A stretch of 56,444 nucleotides of DNA from contig JBLMXG010000117.1 in the NCBI GenBank assembly GCA_050257635.1, positions 1 to 56,444 of the forward strand, read 5' to 3'. Shown one piece after another: positions 1-8,043 of this stretch. The notes beneath the pieces were generated by a model. That model saw nothing but the letters and a program-made list of their open reading frames with translations. It was not told the DNA's origin and searched no databases. The position numbers and the translations under genes were made by a program. The stretch is from Chloroflexota bacterium (GTDB taxonomy: Bacteria; Desulfobacterota; Binatia; UBA9968). The first letter of the stretch is position 1, and the number at the start of each line of letters is the position of its first letter.

Positions 1-2
1 CG

Positions 3-263
3 GCCTTGCTTCGTTACGTCGCCTGTCTCGCCAACCAAAGGGGGTGTGGCCGGCTGGAATGGTCGGTGTTGGATTGGAACGCGCCGGCAATCCGCTTTTA
101 TAAAAAACTCGGCGCGAGGCCGATGAGCGAGTGGACAGTTTTCAGAGTGACGGGCAAAGCGCTGAAGAAATTGGGCGGCGGTAGCAGCAAGCGAAATGTC
201 CTTGCCGGAGCAGCGATGCCGATGGGCGGGCATCCGCTCAACTATGTTCGAGGGGGATTGTGA
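3..263 (+). CDS. GNAT-family N-acetyltransferase (5'-partial, SSAT-like)
   Basis: C-terminal GNAT motif GCGRLEWSVLDWNAPAIRFYKKLGA; ORF runs off the window start. Confidence 0.8.
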   Translation, partial: ALLRYVACLANQRGCGRLEWSVLDWNAPAIRFYKKLGARPMSEWTVFRVTGKALKKLGGGSSKRNVLAGAAMPMGGHPLNYVRGGL

Positions 264-900
264 TGCAGATGTCCGTGCCTTTGCCGGGTGCCGTCTTGAT
301 GGTGAGTTGCCCGCCAATTTTTCGAATTCTTTCTTTCATGCCTTTCATGCCATAGTGGCTGCTCCCGCGGATCGACGCGGGATCGAACCCTACGCCATTG
401 TCACGCAGGCTTGCTTGGAGGGCCTGTGGAGTTTGCGTGATCGCAAGATGCAACTCGGTAGCTCGGGAGTGACGCACTGCGTTCAAAATGCCCTCGCGTA
501 GCGAAAAATACAGCTCCCGCTCGATCGCCAGCGGCAAGTTGTGGACGCCGATAGCGCAGCGGAAATCGAGCTTAAAGCCCGTGCGCGAGCAAAAGATTTC
601 CAATTCTTGCTTGAGCCGCCGTTCCAAAGAGCCTGCCTGGAGCTCTATCTCGCTCTGGCTTTCGGTGAGTATGTTGCGGATTTCAGCGATCGCACTGTCG
701 ATGCCTTCCTCTATGGCGCAAAACTCCGTTTCAAGCGCGGCGCGATTATCGATAAGTTGGCGCCGCGCGGTTTCTGCGCGCAACCTTGCGCCGGATAGCA
801 ATTGCAACACCCGATCGTGCAGTTCGCGCGCAATTCGTTGGCGCTCTTCCGCGACGGCGTCGGCGCGCTGTTCGGGAGTTTTTTTCGGGGAATTTCCCAT
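238..900 (-). CDS. Histidine kinase, NarX/DesK-like (HisKA_3 + HATPase), no sensor domain
   Basis: ERQRIARELHD H-box, EGILNAVRHS N-box, DNGVGF G1, GMKGMKER G2, PGKGT. Confidence 0.85.
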   Translation of the reverse strand: MGNSPKKTPEQRADAVAEERQRIARELHDRVLQLLSGARLRAETARRQLIDNRAALETEFCAIEEGIDSAIAEIRNILTESQSEIELQAGSLERRLKQELEIFCSRTGFKLDFRCAIGVHNLPLAIERELYFSLREGILNAVRHSRATELHLAITQTPQALQASLRDNGVGFDPASIRGSSHYGMKGMKERIRKIGGQLTIKTAPGKGTDICITIPLEHS

Positions 901-953
901 ACTCGCGGCAGCCTGAAAGTGCGATTGCAGTTCGGTTTCTGACCCGCAGCGCT

Positions 954-1652
954 CTACGCTACCAGTTCGACGATCGACGCGAGACTCGTCAGTCGCGTAG
1001 GATCGGCTGCGTCAGCCGTCTTGCGTCGATCGACGAGCAGGCCTCGGAGTCCGGCGTCGTTGGCGCCCTTTCGATCGTTGATTTCGCTGTCGCCGACATG
1101 AAGGCTTTCGTCGGGTCTGAGGCGATAACGTTTGAGCGCCGCATGAAAAATTTCCCGTTCCGGTTTTGCATAACCCACGCGGCTCGAAACAAAGATGTCT
1201 CGGAACGATGAGCCGATGCCGAGACCGTTGAGGATCGACACCAGGCGCGAATCGAAGTTGGAGATCACGCCGAGGACTAGTCCGCGCTGGCGGAGTGTCG
1301 CCAGCGTGTCGATCACCTCTGGGTAAAGCGTCCAAGAGCCAGGCCGGGCGAAATAAGCGAACAGCTCGTCGAAAAATTCGTCAAAGCGAGGCATAGGACT
1401 CCATGGCTGGAAAATCTCCGCCACCACGCGCTTCCACCAATCCCTTTCTAATGCGTGGATCACGCGATCGGTGGCGCCGGGGAAGGCGAGCCGAGGCGCG
1501 GCCTCGAAGCAGACGTGAAAACGTTCCGTGATTTCGGCGGGCGAGACACAAATGCCGTGCGTTGCCGCGACGGCAACGTAGCTTTCGCCTACGCCTCGGG
1601 CCGGCTTGATCAGCGTTCCTGCCGCGTCGAAAAAAACCGCTTTGATAGCCAT
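954..1652 (-). CDS. HAD-IA family hydrolase (HDHD3/REG-2-like)
   Basis: FFDAAGTL motif I, ISNFD motif II, KP motif III, HVGDS..ND motif IV. Confidence 0.85.
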   Translation of the reverse strand: MAIKAVFFDAAGTLIKPARGVGESYVAVAATHGICVSPAEITERFHVCFEAAPRLAFPGATDRVIHALERDWWKRVVAEIFQPWSPMPRFDEFFDELFAYFARPGSWTLYPEVIDTLATLRQRGLVLGVISNFDSRLVSILNGLGIGSSFRDIFVSSRVGYAKPEREIFHAALKRYRLRPDESLHVGDSEINDRKGANDAGLRGLLVDRRKTADAADPTRLTSLASIVELVA

Positions 1653-1719
1653 TGAACTTCTCGTCCGTCTCGCACATGCGCGATTGCAAGAAATCTATCA
1701 TCCTTTATAATATTAATCG

Positions 1720-2316
1720 ATGGAAGCAAGCGACGCGCTGGTTATCATCGATGTGCAAAATGATTTCTGCCCCGGGGGGGCGCTGCCGGTCACGGACGGT
1801 GATCGGGTGGTCCCCGTGCTCAACCGATATATAAAAAAATTTACGCGCGAGAAGCGCCAGATCTTCGCCACTCGAGATTGGCACCCTGCAAAGACTAAAC
1901 ACTTCAAAGCATACGGGGGACTCTGGCCGCCCCACTGCATTCAGGGTACCCCGGGCGCTGAATTTCGCACCGATCTAGCGTTGCCGAAAGATGCGGTAAT
2001 CGTTTCGGGAGGCATGGCTCCTGATGAGGAAGGTTATTCGGGGTTTGACGGAAAAGATGAGAAAGGGGTTGGTTTAGCCAGCCTTTTGCACGCGTCCGGT
2101 GTCGAGCGAATTTTTGTTGGCGGTTTGGCAACCGATTATTGCGTCAAACACACCGTTTTGGACGGTGTCAAGCTCGGCTTCAAGGTGGTGCTGCTCGAAG
2201 ACGCAGTGCGCGGCGTAAATCTCAAACCAGACGATTCGGAACGGGCCATCGAGGAAATGGTAAGTGCTGGAGCTCAGAAAGCGACAAGCTCCGACTCGCT
2301 ATCGCTCAACCAGTAG
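1720..2316 (+). CDS. pncA: Nicotinamidase/pyrazinamidase
   Basis: IDVQNDFCPGGAL, TRDWHP, WPPHC, GLATDYCV motifs. Confidence 0.92.
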   Translation: MEASDALVIIDVQNDFCPGGALPVTDGDRVVPVLNRYIKKFTREKRQIFATRDWHPAKTKHFKAYGGLWPPHCIQGTPGAEFRTDLALPKDAVIVSGGMAPDEEGYSGFDGKDEKGVGLASLLHASGVERIFVGGLATDYCVKHTVLDGVKLGFKVVLLEDAVRGVNLKPDDSERAIEEMVSAGAQKATSSDSLSLNQ

Positions 2317-2464
2317 GTCAAAAGCGATCTCCTCCGACATTGATTTAGGCCTGTCTGAAAAAATTCCCGGTCCGGCGCAGGCCGCGAAAACAACAAGCGT
2401 CATAATGAACGTGCTGCTTGTGCCATAACAGAGTCCGTATAACACGAACTAACCAAGGCCCACG

Positions 2465-3271
2465 ATGGGGACAGATTCACACCTCTATAATTATGAATTG
2501 GCGATCGCCGAGGCGGCGGCGCGCGATGCCGGCGAGACAATCATGCGTCTTTTCAAGGGCAAGTTCGACGTGCACGAGAAAAGCAAAAATAATCCGGTTA
2601 CGACCGCCGATCTCGAAGCCAACCGCATCATCCGCGAAAAGATCGGCCAGTGTTTTCCTGGCGATGGCTGGCTGTCCGAAGAAGATCAAGACAACTCGCG
2701 GCGCTTGGCGCTCGCGCGCGTCTGGGTAGTCGATCCGATCGACGGCACCCGAGAGTTCATCGAGGGAGTGCCGCAATTCGCCGTATCCATCGGCTTCGTC
2801 GTCGATGGCCAGCCCAAAGCGGCGGTGGTTTTCAATCCGGCCAATCGGCGATTTTACAAGGCGGCAGCCGGGCAAGGGGCCTATCTTAACGATGCGCCCA
2901 TTCACGTGAACCCGCGCCACGACGTCGCCGGAGCTTTGCTTCTGGTGAGCCGCTCGGAACCACAGAAAAAGTTTCAAGTCTTCGTCAACAGCTGCGATAT
3001 CAAGCCTGTCGGTAGCATCGCTTATCGGCTGGCGAAGGTCGCCGGCGGCGACGGCGATGGCACGATCACTTTTCGCACGATACACGAGTGGGACATTTGC
3101 GCGGGCGTGCTGATCGTGGAAGAGGCCGGCGGCAAGGTAGTCGATGGGACGGGCGAGCGGGTGCTCTTCAACCGTCAGCTACCCAAGCATCGCGGCGTGG
3201 TCGCGGCCAATCCCGCTTTGGCGGTGGGACTGCAAGGATTGTGGGCTCATGCGATGGGCGACAAATCGTAA
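2465..3271 (+). CDS. cysQ: 3'(2'),5'-bisphosphate nucleotidase / inositol monophosphatase family
   Basis: PVTTAD, WLSEE, WVVDPIDGTREF, EWDICAG motifs. Confidence 0.8.
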   Translation: MGTDSHLYNYELAIAEAAARDAGETIMRLFKGKFDVHEKSKNNPVTTADLEANRIIREKIGQCFPGDGWLSEEDQDNSRRLALARVWVVDPIDGTREFIEGVPQFAVSIGFVVDGQPKAAVVFNPANRRFYKAAAGQGAYLNDAPIHVNPRHDVAGALLLVSRSEPQKKFQVFVNSCDIKPVGSIAYRLAKVAGGDGDGTITFRTIHEWDICAGVLIVEEAGGKVVDGTGERVLFNRQLPKHRGVVAANPALAVGLQGLWAHAMGDKS

Positions 3272-3291
3272 CCGGGTGGCCGATAAAGTTT

Positions 3292-3615
3292 ATGCGTAAA
3301 TGTGTTTATTGCGGCGAGCGAGCCGGTTTGTTGGGGCGAGTTTGTGGCGATTGCAAAAAACTGCTCGCGCGTGTCCAGGAACTGCGCGGCAAGGTGAGCT
3401 ACGGGCAGTTCCTCGATGGTCTGGAACAAACCGGTGTTGCTAAGGAAAAGATTTTAGCCTTTATGAGCGCCGATCCGGACGGCGCCGGCAGCATTCAAGA
3501 TCAGGTTACTGCCGAGATGACCACAGAGTTGATGAACGTCATGGGAATCTCTGGACGCCAAACCGCCAAAGAGGTCAAACGCATCCGCGGCATGGTGGAG
3601 AAGGAATCCGAATAG
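3292..3615 (+). CDS. Hypothetical protein with N-terminal CxxC-CxxC zinc finger
   Basis: MRKCVYCGERAGLLGRVCGDC; start taken at ATG 3292, after the cysQ stop. Confidence 0.7.
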   Translation: MRKCVYCGERAGLLGRVCGDCKKLLARVQELRGKVSYGQFLDGLEQTGVAKEKILAFMSADPDGAGSIQDQVTAEMTTELMNVMGISGRQTAKEVKRIRGMVEKESE

Positions 3616-3634
3616 GGGCGGAGCTGACGCGAGC

Positions 3635-4114
3635 ATGGCGGTCACGATTTATCTATCACTAATTTTTTTGGCCCTCTATCTGGTCGGCTTGGCGGTTCAC
3701 CGCTGGCTTTTTTTACGCGATAAGCGGCGCATGGCCGAAGAGAGCCGGGAGGGCAGCCGGGTGATTGCCAAAGTCGGCGATCTCGCGCCCGGCACAGTGA
3801 AAAAATTTTGGCTCATCTGCCAGCGATACCGATTGGATGCCTTTTTGATCAACGACCAGGGAAACTTCCACGCTTACATCAACCGCTGTCGGCACATGCC
3901 GACGCCGCTGGATTTCGTCCGGGACGAATTTGTCAGCGATGACGGCCGGTTCTTGAGATGCTATACCCATGGCGCGCTTTACGAGTTCGCCACCGGCCTG
4001 TGCGTGGACGGGCCGTGCAAGGGAGAATTCCTTTATCGCCTGCCGGTTCGGGTGGACCGAGAGGACGTGCTGGTCGGCTGCCCCGATGGCGATTTGAGAC
4101 AGCTTGCAGATTGA
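3635..4114 (+). CDS. Rieske [2Fe-2S] protein with N-terminal membrane helix
   Basis: CRH...CYTH Rieske ligands, GLCVDGPC; hydrophobic N-terminus. Confidence 0.85.
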   Translation: MAVTIYLSLIFLALYLVGLAVHRWLFLRDKRRMAEESREGSRVIAKVGDLAPGTVKKFWLICQRYRLDAFLINDQGNFHAYINRCRHMPTPLDFVRDEFVSDDGRFLRCYTHGALYEFATGLCVDGPCKGEFLYRLPVRVDREDVLVGCPDGDLRQLAD

Positions 4115-4125
4115 GGAGCGGTGTC

Positions 4126-4503
4126 ATGAGCGAAGCGAAGAAAAGGTCGCCGCGCAAATGGGTCGCCACGCTGGGCGAGATCGAGCATGGTAAAAGCAAG
4201 AAATTTACCCTACGCCGCGGCCAGCGCGATCTGGAGGCTTTGCTGGTCAATTTCCAGGGACAGCACTTCGCTTATGTCAATCGCTGCCCGCACACCGGCA
4301 TCACCCTCGATTGGGTGAACAATCAGTTTTTCAGCTCTGATAACCGCTACCTCATGTGCGCGACCCATGGCGCGGTGTTCGAGCCGCCGACCGGAGAATG
4401 TGTCTGGGGGCCTTGTTTCGGTCTGTCGCTACAGAGCGTGCCGGTGGAAATCGAAGAGGGACGGATCTACGCGCGGTTGCCGGGGGCGCCGGACGAAGAG
4501 TGA
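4126..4503 (+). CDS. Rieske [2Fe-2S] ferredoxin
   Basis: CPH...CATH ligands, GECVWGPC; GAGGAG RBS before ATG 4126. Confidence 0.88.
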   Translation: MSEAKKRSPRKWVATLGEIEHGKSKKFTLRRGQRDLEALLVNFQGQHFAYVNRCPHTGITLDWVNNQFFSSDNRYLMCATHGAVFEPPTGECVWGPCFGLSLQSVPVEIEEGRIYARLPGAPDEE

Positions 4504-4544
4504 TGCTTTTAGCTCACGGCAGCAAATAGACTCAGGAGCGCGCG

Positions 4545-4889
4545 ATGGCAGACTGTCTTTTTTGCGGCATCATCGACGGCAAGATCAAGGCGAATATAGT
4601 CTTTCAAAACGAGCGCGTGGTCGCCTTCAAAGACGTCAATCCCAAAGCGCCGGTCCACATTCTCATCGTCCCGCGCAAGCACCTGGTCGGCGTCCTCGAT
4701 ATCGAGCCATCGGACGGCGCTTTGATCGGCGAGATTTTTCAAGTCGCGGCGCGCCTCGCGCGTGATCACGGTATCGCCGAAAGCGGCTTTCGCATCATCG
4801 TCAATTCCGGCGCTCATGCGGGCCAAAGCGTCTTTCATCTGCACTACCATCTTCTTGGCGGCCGGCAGATGAGCTGGCCGCCCGGTTAG
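4545..4889 (+). CDS. hinT: Histidine triad nucleotide-binding protein
   Basis: DCLFCGI, PKAPVHILIVP, GQSVFHLHYHLLGGR..WPPG. Confidence 0.92.
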   Translation: MADCLFCGIIDGKIKANIVFQNERVVAFKDVNPKAPVHILIVPRKHLVGVLDIEPSDGALIGEIFQVAARLARDHGIAESGFRIIVNSGAHAGQSVFHLHYHLLGGRQMSWPPG

Positions 4890-4944
4890 GCCGGTTGGAA
4901 GCCGCCCGCCCAGCGCATTATCGTCAGTCTTAGGGAGGGGATAG

Positions 4945-6204
4945 ATGGCAGCGGATCAACCATTCAGCGCGGCAAACGAAATGGCCGTCCAGCAATTCAT
5001 CGCAGCGGCCGAAAAGCTAGACATCGATCCGAACGTGGCGGCAAGGCTCCGGCGGGCCGATCGCTCTATGATCGTCAGCGTGCCGACGCGCATGGACGAC
5101 GGCCATGTGCAGGTCTTTACCGGCTACCGGGTTCAACACAACGATGTGCTGGGCCCGTTCAAGGGCGGGGTCCGCTACCACCCCGCGGTCAATCTCGGCG
5201 AAGTCTCAGCGCTGGCGATGTGGATGACTTGGAAATGTTCCCTGGTTGGGCTGCCTCTGGGCGGCGCCAAGGGCGGCATTGCCTGCGATCCGGCCGAGTT
5301 GTCGCGCCATGAATTGCAGTCGATGACCCGGCGTTTCACCGCGGAAATCTTGAACATCATCGGACCCGATGTCGATGTGCCGGCGCCGGATATGGGCACT
5401 AACGAACAGGTCATGGCCTGGATCATGGACACCTACTCCCAACATAAAGGGCATTCCGTGCCCGAGATCGTGACCGGCAAGCCGGTGGCCATCGGCGGCA
5501 CGCTGGGGCGGCGCGACGCGACCGGCCGCGGTGTCGTCTACACGACCATCGAAGCGGCGAAGCAATTAAAAATAGATCTGACCAAATGCACGGCGGTGGT
5601 GCAGGGCTTCGGCAACGTCGGCTCGGTGGCGGCGAAAGAGCTGGCCGCCATCGGCGTAAAGATTATCGGCGTTTCGGACCGCACCGGAGGTTTCGTCGAC
5701 ACCAATGGATTGCCGATCGACAAGCTCCTGGAGGTTGCCGCTAAGAACCATAGCTTTGAGGGCTGTCCCTACGGCGAGAAGATCAGCAATCAGGAACTTT
5801 TGGAGCTGCCCTGTGACGTCCTCGTTCCAGCCGCGCTGGAGATGCAAATCACCGCCGCCAACGCCGGCCGCTTGAAGTGCCGCATCCTTGCCGAAGGAGC
5901 CAACGGCCCGACCACTCCCGAGGCCGACGCAATCCTAAAGGATAAGGGAGTTTTCGTGATTCCCGATATCTTGGCGAACGCCGGCGGCGTGGTGGTCTCT
6001 TATTTCGAGTGGGTGCAGGACTTGCAGAATTTTTTCTGGACTGAAGAGGAGGTCAACAGCAAGCTGCGCAATATCTTGGTCAAGGCCTTCCATCAAGTGC
6101 TGGAGATGAGCCGCAAACACTCGGTCGATATGAGGCTCGCGGCGCTGATGATCGGCATCGACCGCGTCGCTAGGGCGATGCTCTGGCGCGGCCTTTACGC
6201 CTGA
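4945..6204 (+). CDS. gdhA: Glutamate (Glu/Leu/Phe/Val) dehydrogenase
   Basis: GPFKGGVRYHP, GGAKGG, VPAPDMGT, QGFGNVG, EGANGP, ANAGGVVVSYFEW. Confidence 0.93.
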   Translation: MAADQPFSAANEMAVQQFIAAAEKLDIDPNVAARLRRADRSMIVSVPTRMDDGHVQVFTGYRVQHNDVLGPFKGGVRYHPAVNLGEVSALAMWMTWKCSLVGLPLGGAKGGIACDPAELSRHELQSMTRRFTAEILNIIGPDVDVPAPDMGTNEQVMAWIMDTYSQHKGHSVPEIVTGKPVAIGGTLGRRDATGRGVVYTTIEAAKQLKIDLTKCTAVVQGFGNVGSVAAKELAAIGVKIIGVSDRTGGFVDTNGLPIDKLLEVAAKNHSFEGCPYGEKISNQELLELPCDVLVPAALEMQITAANAGRLKCRILAEGANGPTTPEADAILKDKGVFVIPDILANAGGVVVSYFEWVQDLQNFFWTEEEVNSKLRNILVKAFHQVLEMSRKHSVDMRLAALMIGIDRVARAMLWRGLYA

Positions 6205-6305
6205 GATCATTGCTTGCCGCACGGGCGTGAGCTGGCTTCACGTTGAAGCAGTGCCAAGAAACTGCTAACCAAATGGATATGCAAGCCAAGGAAGGATTCT
6301 AGAGA

Positions 6306-6866
6306 ATGGTTCAAGCGACGCAACTCAGACCCGGAATGATCATCGTCCACGAGGGCGACCTCTATCGAGTGACGGCGGTCCATCATCTCACCCCGGGCAA
6401 TAAACGCGGCTTCATGCAGACGAAGATGAAAAACCTCCGGACCGGCATCGGTACGGAATATAAGTTTCGCTCGGAAGACCGCGTCGATCAAGCAATTTTG
6501 GACAACCGGCAGATGCAGTATCTGTATGCCGAAGGGGATCTACATACCTTCATGGATACGGAAAATTACGAGCAGATCACCTTGTCGGCCGAGGATATCG
6601 GCGATCTGCTCTATTATTTAATGCCGAATTCCGTGGTCGGGATCGAGTTCCACGAAGGTAAACCGGTCGGCATCAATCCGCCATCGACGGTGGATCTGCA
6701 AGTGGTTGACACCGAGCCATCCATGAAGGGGGCAACAGCCAGCGCGTCGTACAAGCCGGCAAAGTTAGAGACCGGTGTGACCGTACAAGTTCCGCCGTTT
6801 ATCCAGGTGGGCGATAAGGTGCGCGTCGATCCGACCGACGGTTCGTATCAGGAACGGGTCAAGTAG
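6306..6866 (+). CDS. efp: Elongation factor P
   Basis: LRPGM N-terminus, QYLY..G..FMD.ENYEQ, KPAKLETG, VPPFI..GDKVRVD; loop reads TPGNKRG. Confidence 0.95.
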   Translation: MVQATQLRPGMIIVHEGDLYRVTAVHHLTPGNKRGFMQTKMKNLRTGIGTEYKFRSEDRVDQAILDNRQMQYLYAEGDLHTFMDTENYEQITLSAEDIGDLLYYLMPNSVVGIEFHEGKPVGINPPSTVDLQVVDTEPSMKGATASASYKPAKLETGVTVQVPPFIQVGDKVRVDPTDGSYQERVK

Positions 6867-7455
6867 CTTTGATTTTTTCCAAGATCGCCCGCGCTTGCCG
6901 TTCGAGGTCTTCCAGGTTGCCGTTGTTCTCAATGACGTAGTCGGCCAACCGGCGTTTTTCCGCCAAGCTCATCTGCGCTTCGATATGCTTCTGAGCCGCG
7001 GCGGCATCGATTCGGTCGCGCTCTTGTAAGCGCCGTCGTTGGGTCTCGACATCGCACGCCACCAGAACGACCGGCCGGAGCGAATCCTGCAGGTTGCCTT
7101 CGAACAGCAGCGGAACTTCATACACGATGATTTCGTACCCGGCGGCGGCGTATCGACTAATGCGCTCTTCGGCGAGAGCGCGCACGCGCGGATGAATGAT
7201 CGATTCAAGCTTTTTCCTGGACTCGGGATGGTTGAAGATGATGGTGCGCAGCTTTTGCCGGTCCAGCGTTTGATCGGCTTGCAGAACTTCGGTGCCGAAC
7301 ACTTCGACGATTTCTTTCCAGGCATCGCGGCCCGGCTCGACAACCTCGCGGGACAAAACATCTGCGTTGATGACGGCCGCGCCGAGCCGCTCGAGGATTG
7401 TCGCCACGGTAGATTTTCCCGAGGCGATGCCCCCGGTAAGGCCGATTAATTTCAC
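6859..7455 (-). CDS. coaE: Dephospho-CoA kinase
   Basis: IGLTGGIASGKST P-loop, LDRQKLR, IIHP, VPLLFE, ADYVIEN. Confidence 0.95.
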   Translation of the reverse strand: MKLIGLTGGIASGKSTVATILERLGAAVINADVLSREVVEPGRDAWKEIVEVFGTEVLQADQTLDRQKLRTIIFNHPESRKKLESIIHPRVRALAEERISRYAAAGYEIIVYEVPLLFEGNLQDSLRPVVLVACDVETQRRRLQERDRIDAAAAQKHIEAQMSLAEKRRLADYVIENNGNLEDLERQARAILEKIKAT

Positions 7456-7541
7456 GTCACACTATTGGCAAAATTGATTTCAGCTTTCAACCGGCAGGAT
7501 CGAATGAGGAGCCAGTAAGAACCAGCGGAGGTGAATAGCCG

Positions 7542-7805
7542 ATGGCCAAGGTTGTGATCTACACAACCCGTTATTGTCCTTATTGCACGAGTGCGAAGGC
7601 CTTGTTGCGCTCCAAGAAGGTCGAGTTCGACGAGGTCGACGTGACCGACAACCCGCAGCGCCGCGAGGAGATGGAGAGGCTGTCGCATCGATGGACCGTG
7701 CCGCAGATCTTTATTGATGGAAAACCGATTGGCGGTTACGACGACGCACGTCTCTTGGATGCCAAGGGTGGTCTCGATCGTTTGCTCGGGATCGACGCGG
7801 GGTAG
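7542..7805 (+). CDS. grxC: Glutaredoxin 3
   Basis: CPYC active site, TVPQIFI, IGGYDD. Confidence 0.92.
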   Translation: MAKVVIYTTRYCPYCTSAKALLRSKKVEFDEVDVTDNPQRREEMERLSHRWTVPQIFIDGKPIGGYDDARLLDAKGGLDRLLGIDAG

Positions 7806-7858
7806 CCGGCCGCCCTCGATGCTCAACTTGGTCGAAGGGTGGAAGCGAAGGCGGAGTT

Positions 7859-7934
7859 TGGAGGCGGCGAGCGGATTCGAACCGCTGCATCGAGGTTTTG
7901 CAGACCTCTCCCTTAACCACTTGGGTACGCCGCC
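7859..7934 (-). tRNA. tRNA-Cys (GCA)
   Basis: Reverse complement GGCGGCG...CTGCAAA...TTCGAAT...CGCCGCC-T-CCA folds into a 76-nt cloverleaf with GCA anticodon, U73 discriminator and encoded CCA. Confidence 0.97.
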
Positions 7935-7988
7935 TTGATTGCCTAGCTAACATGAAGTTTTCACGACTTGCAACAACGGTGCAAATTA

Positions 7989-8017
7989 TTGACAACCCAG
8001 AGCGAAACACGTAATTA
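7989..8017 (+). promoter_or_regulatory. Putative sigma-70 promoter of the ferredoxin-fusion gene
   Basis: TTGACA-17 nt-TAATTA, followed by an AGGAG RBS. Confidence 0.55.
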
Positions 8018-8043
8018 AAAAAGTCCGAAGAGGAGCTTTTCTA

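Noticed and set aside
7859-7934. tRNA-Cys as integration site of an island
   Set aside because: No integrase and no duplicated tRNA 3' end seen; flanks are housekeeping genes
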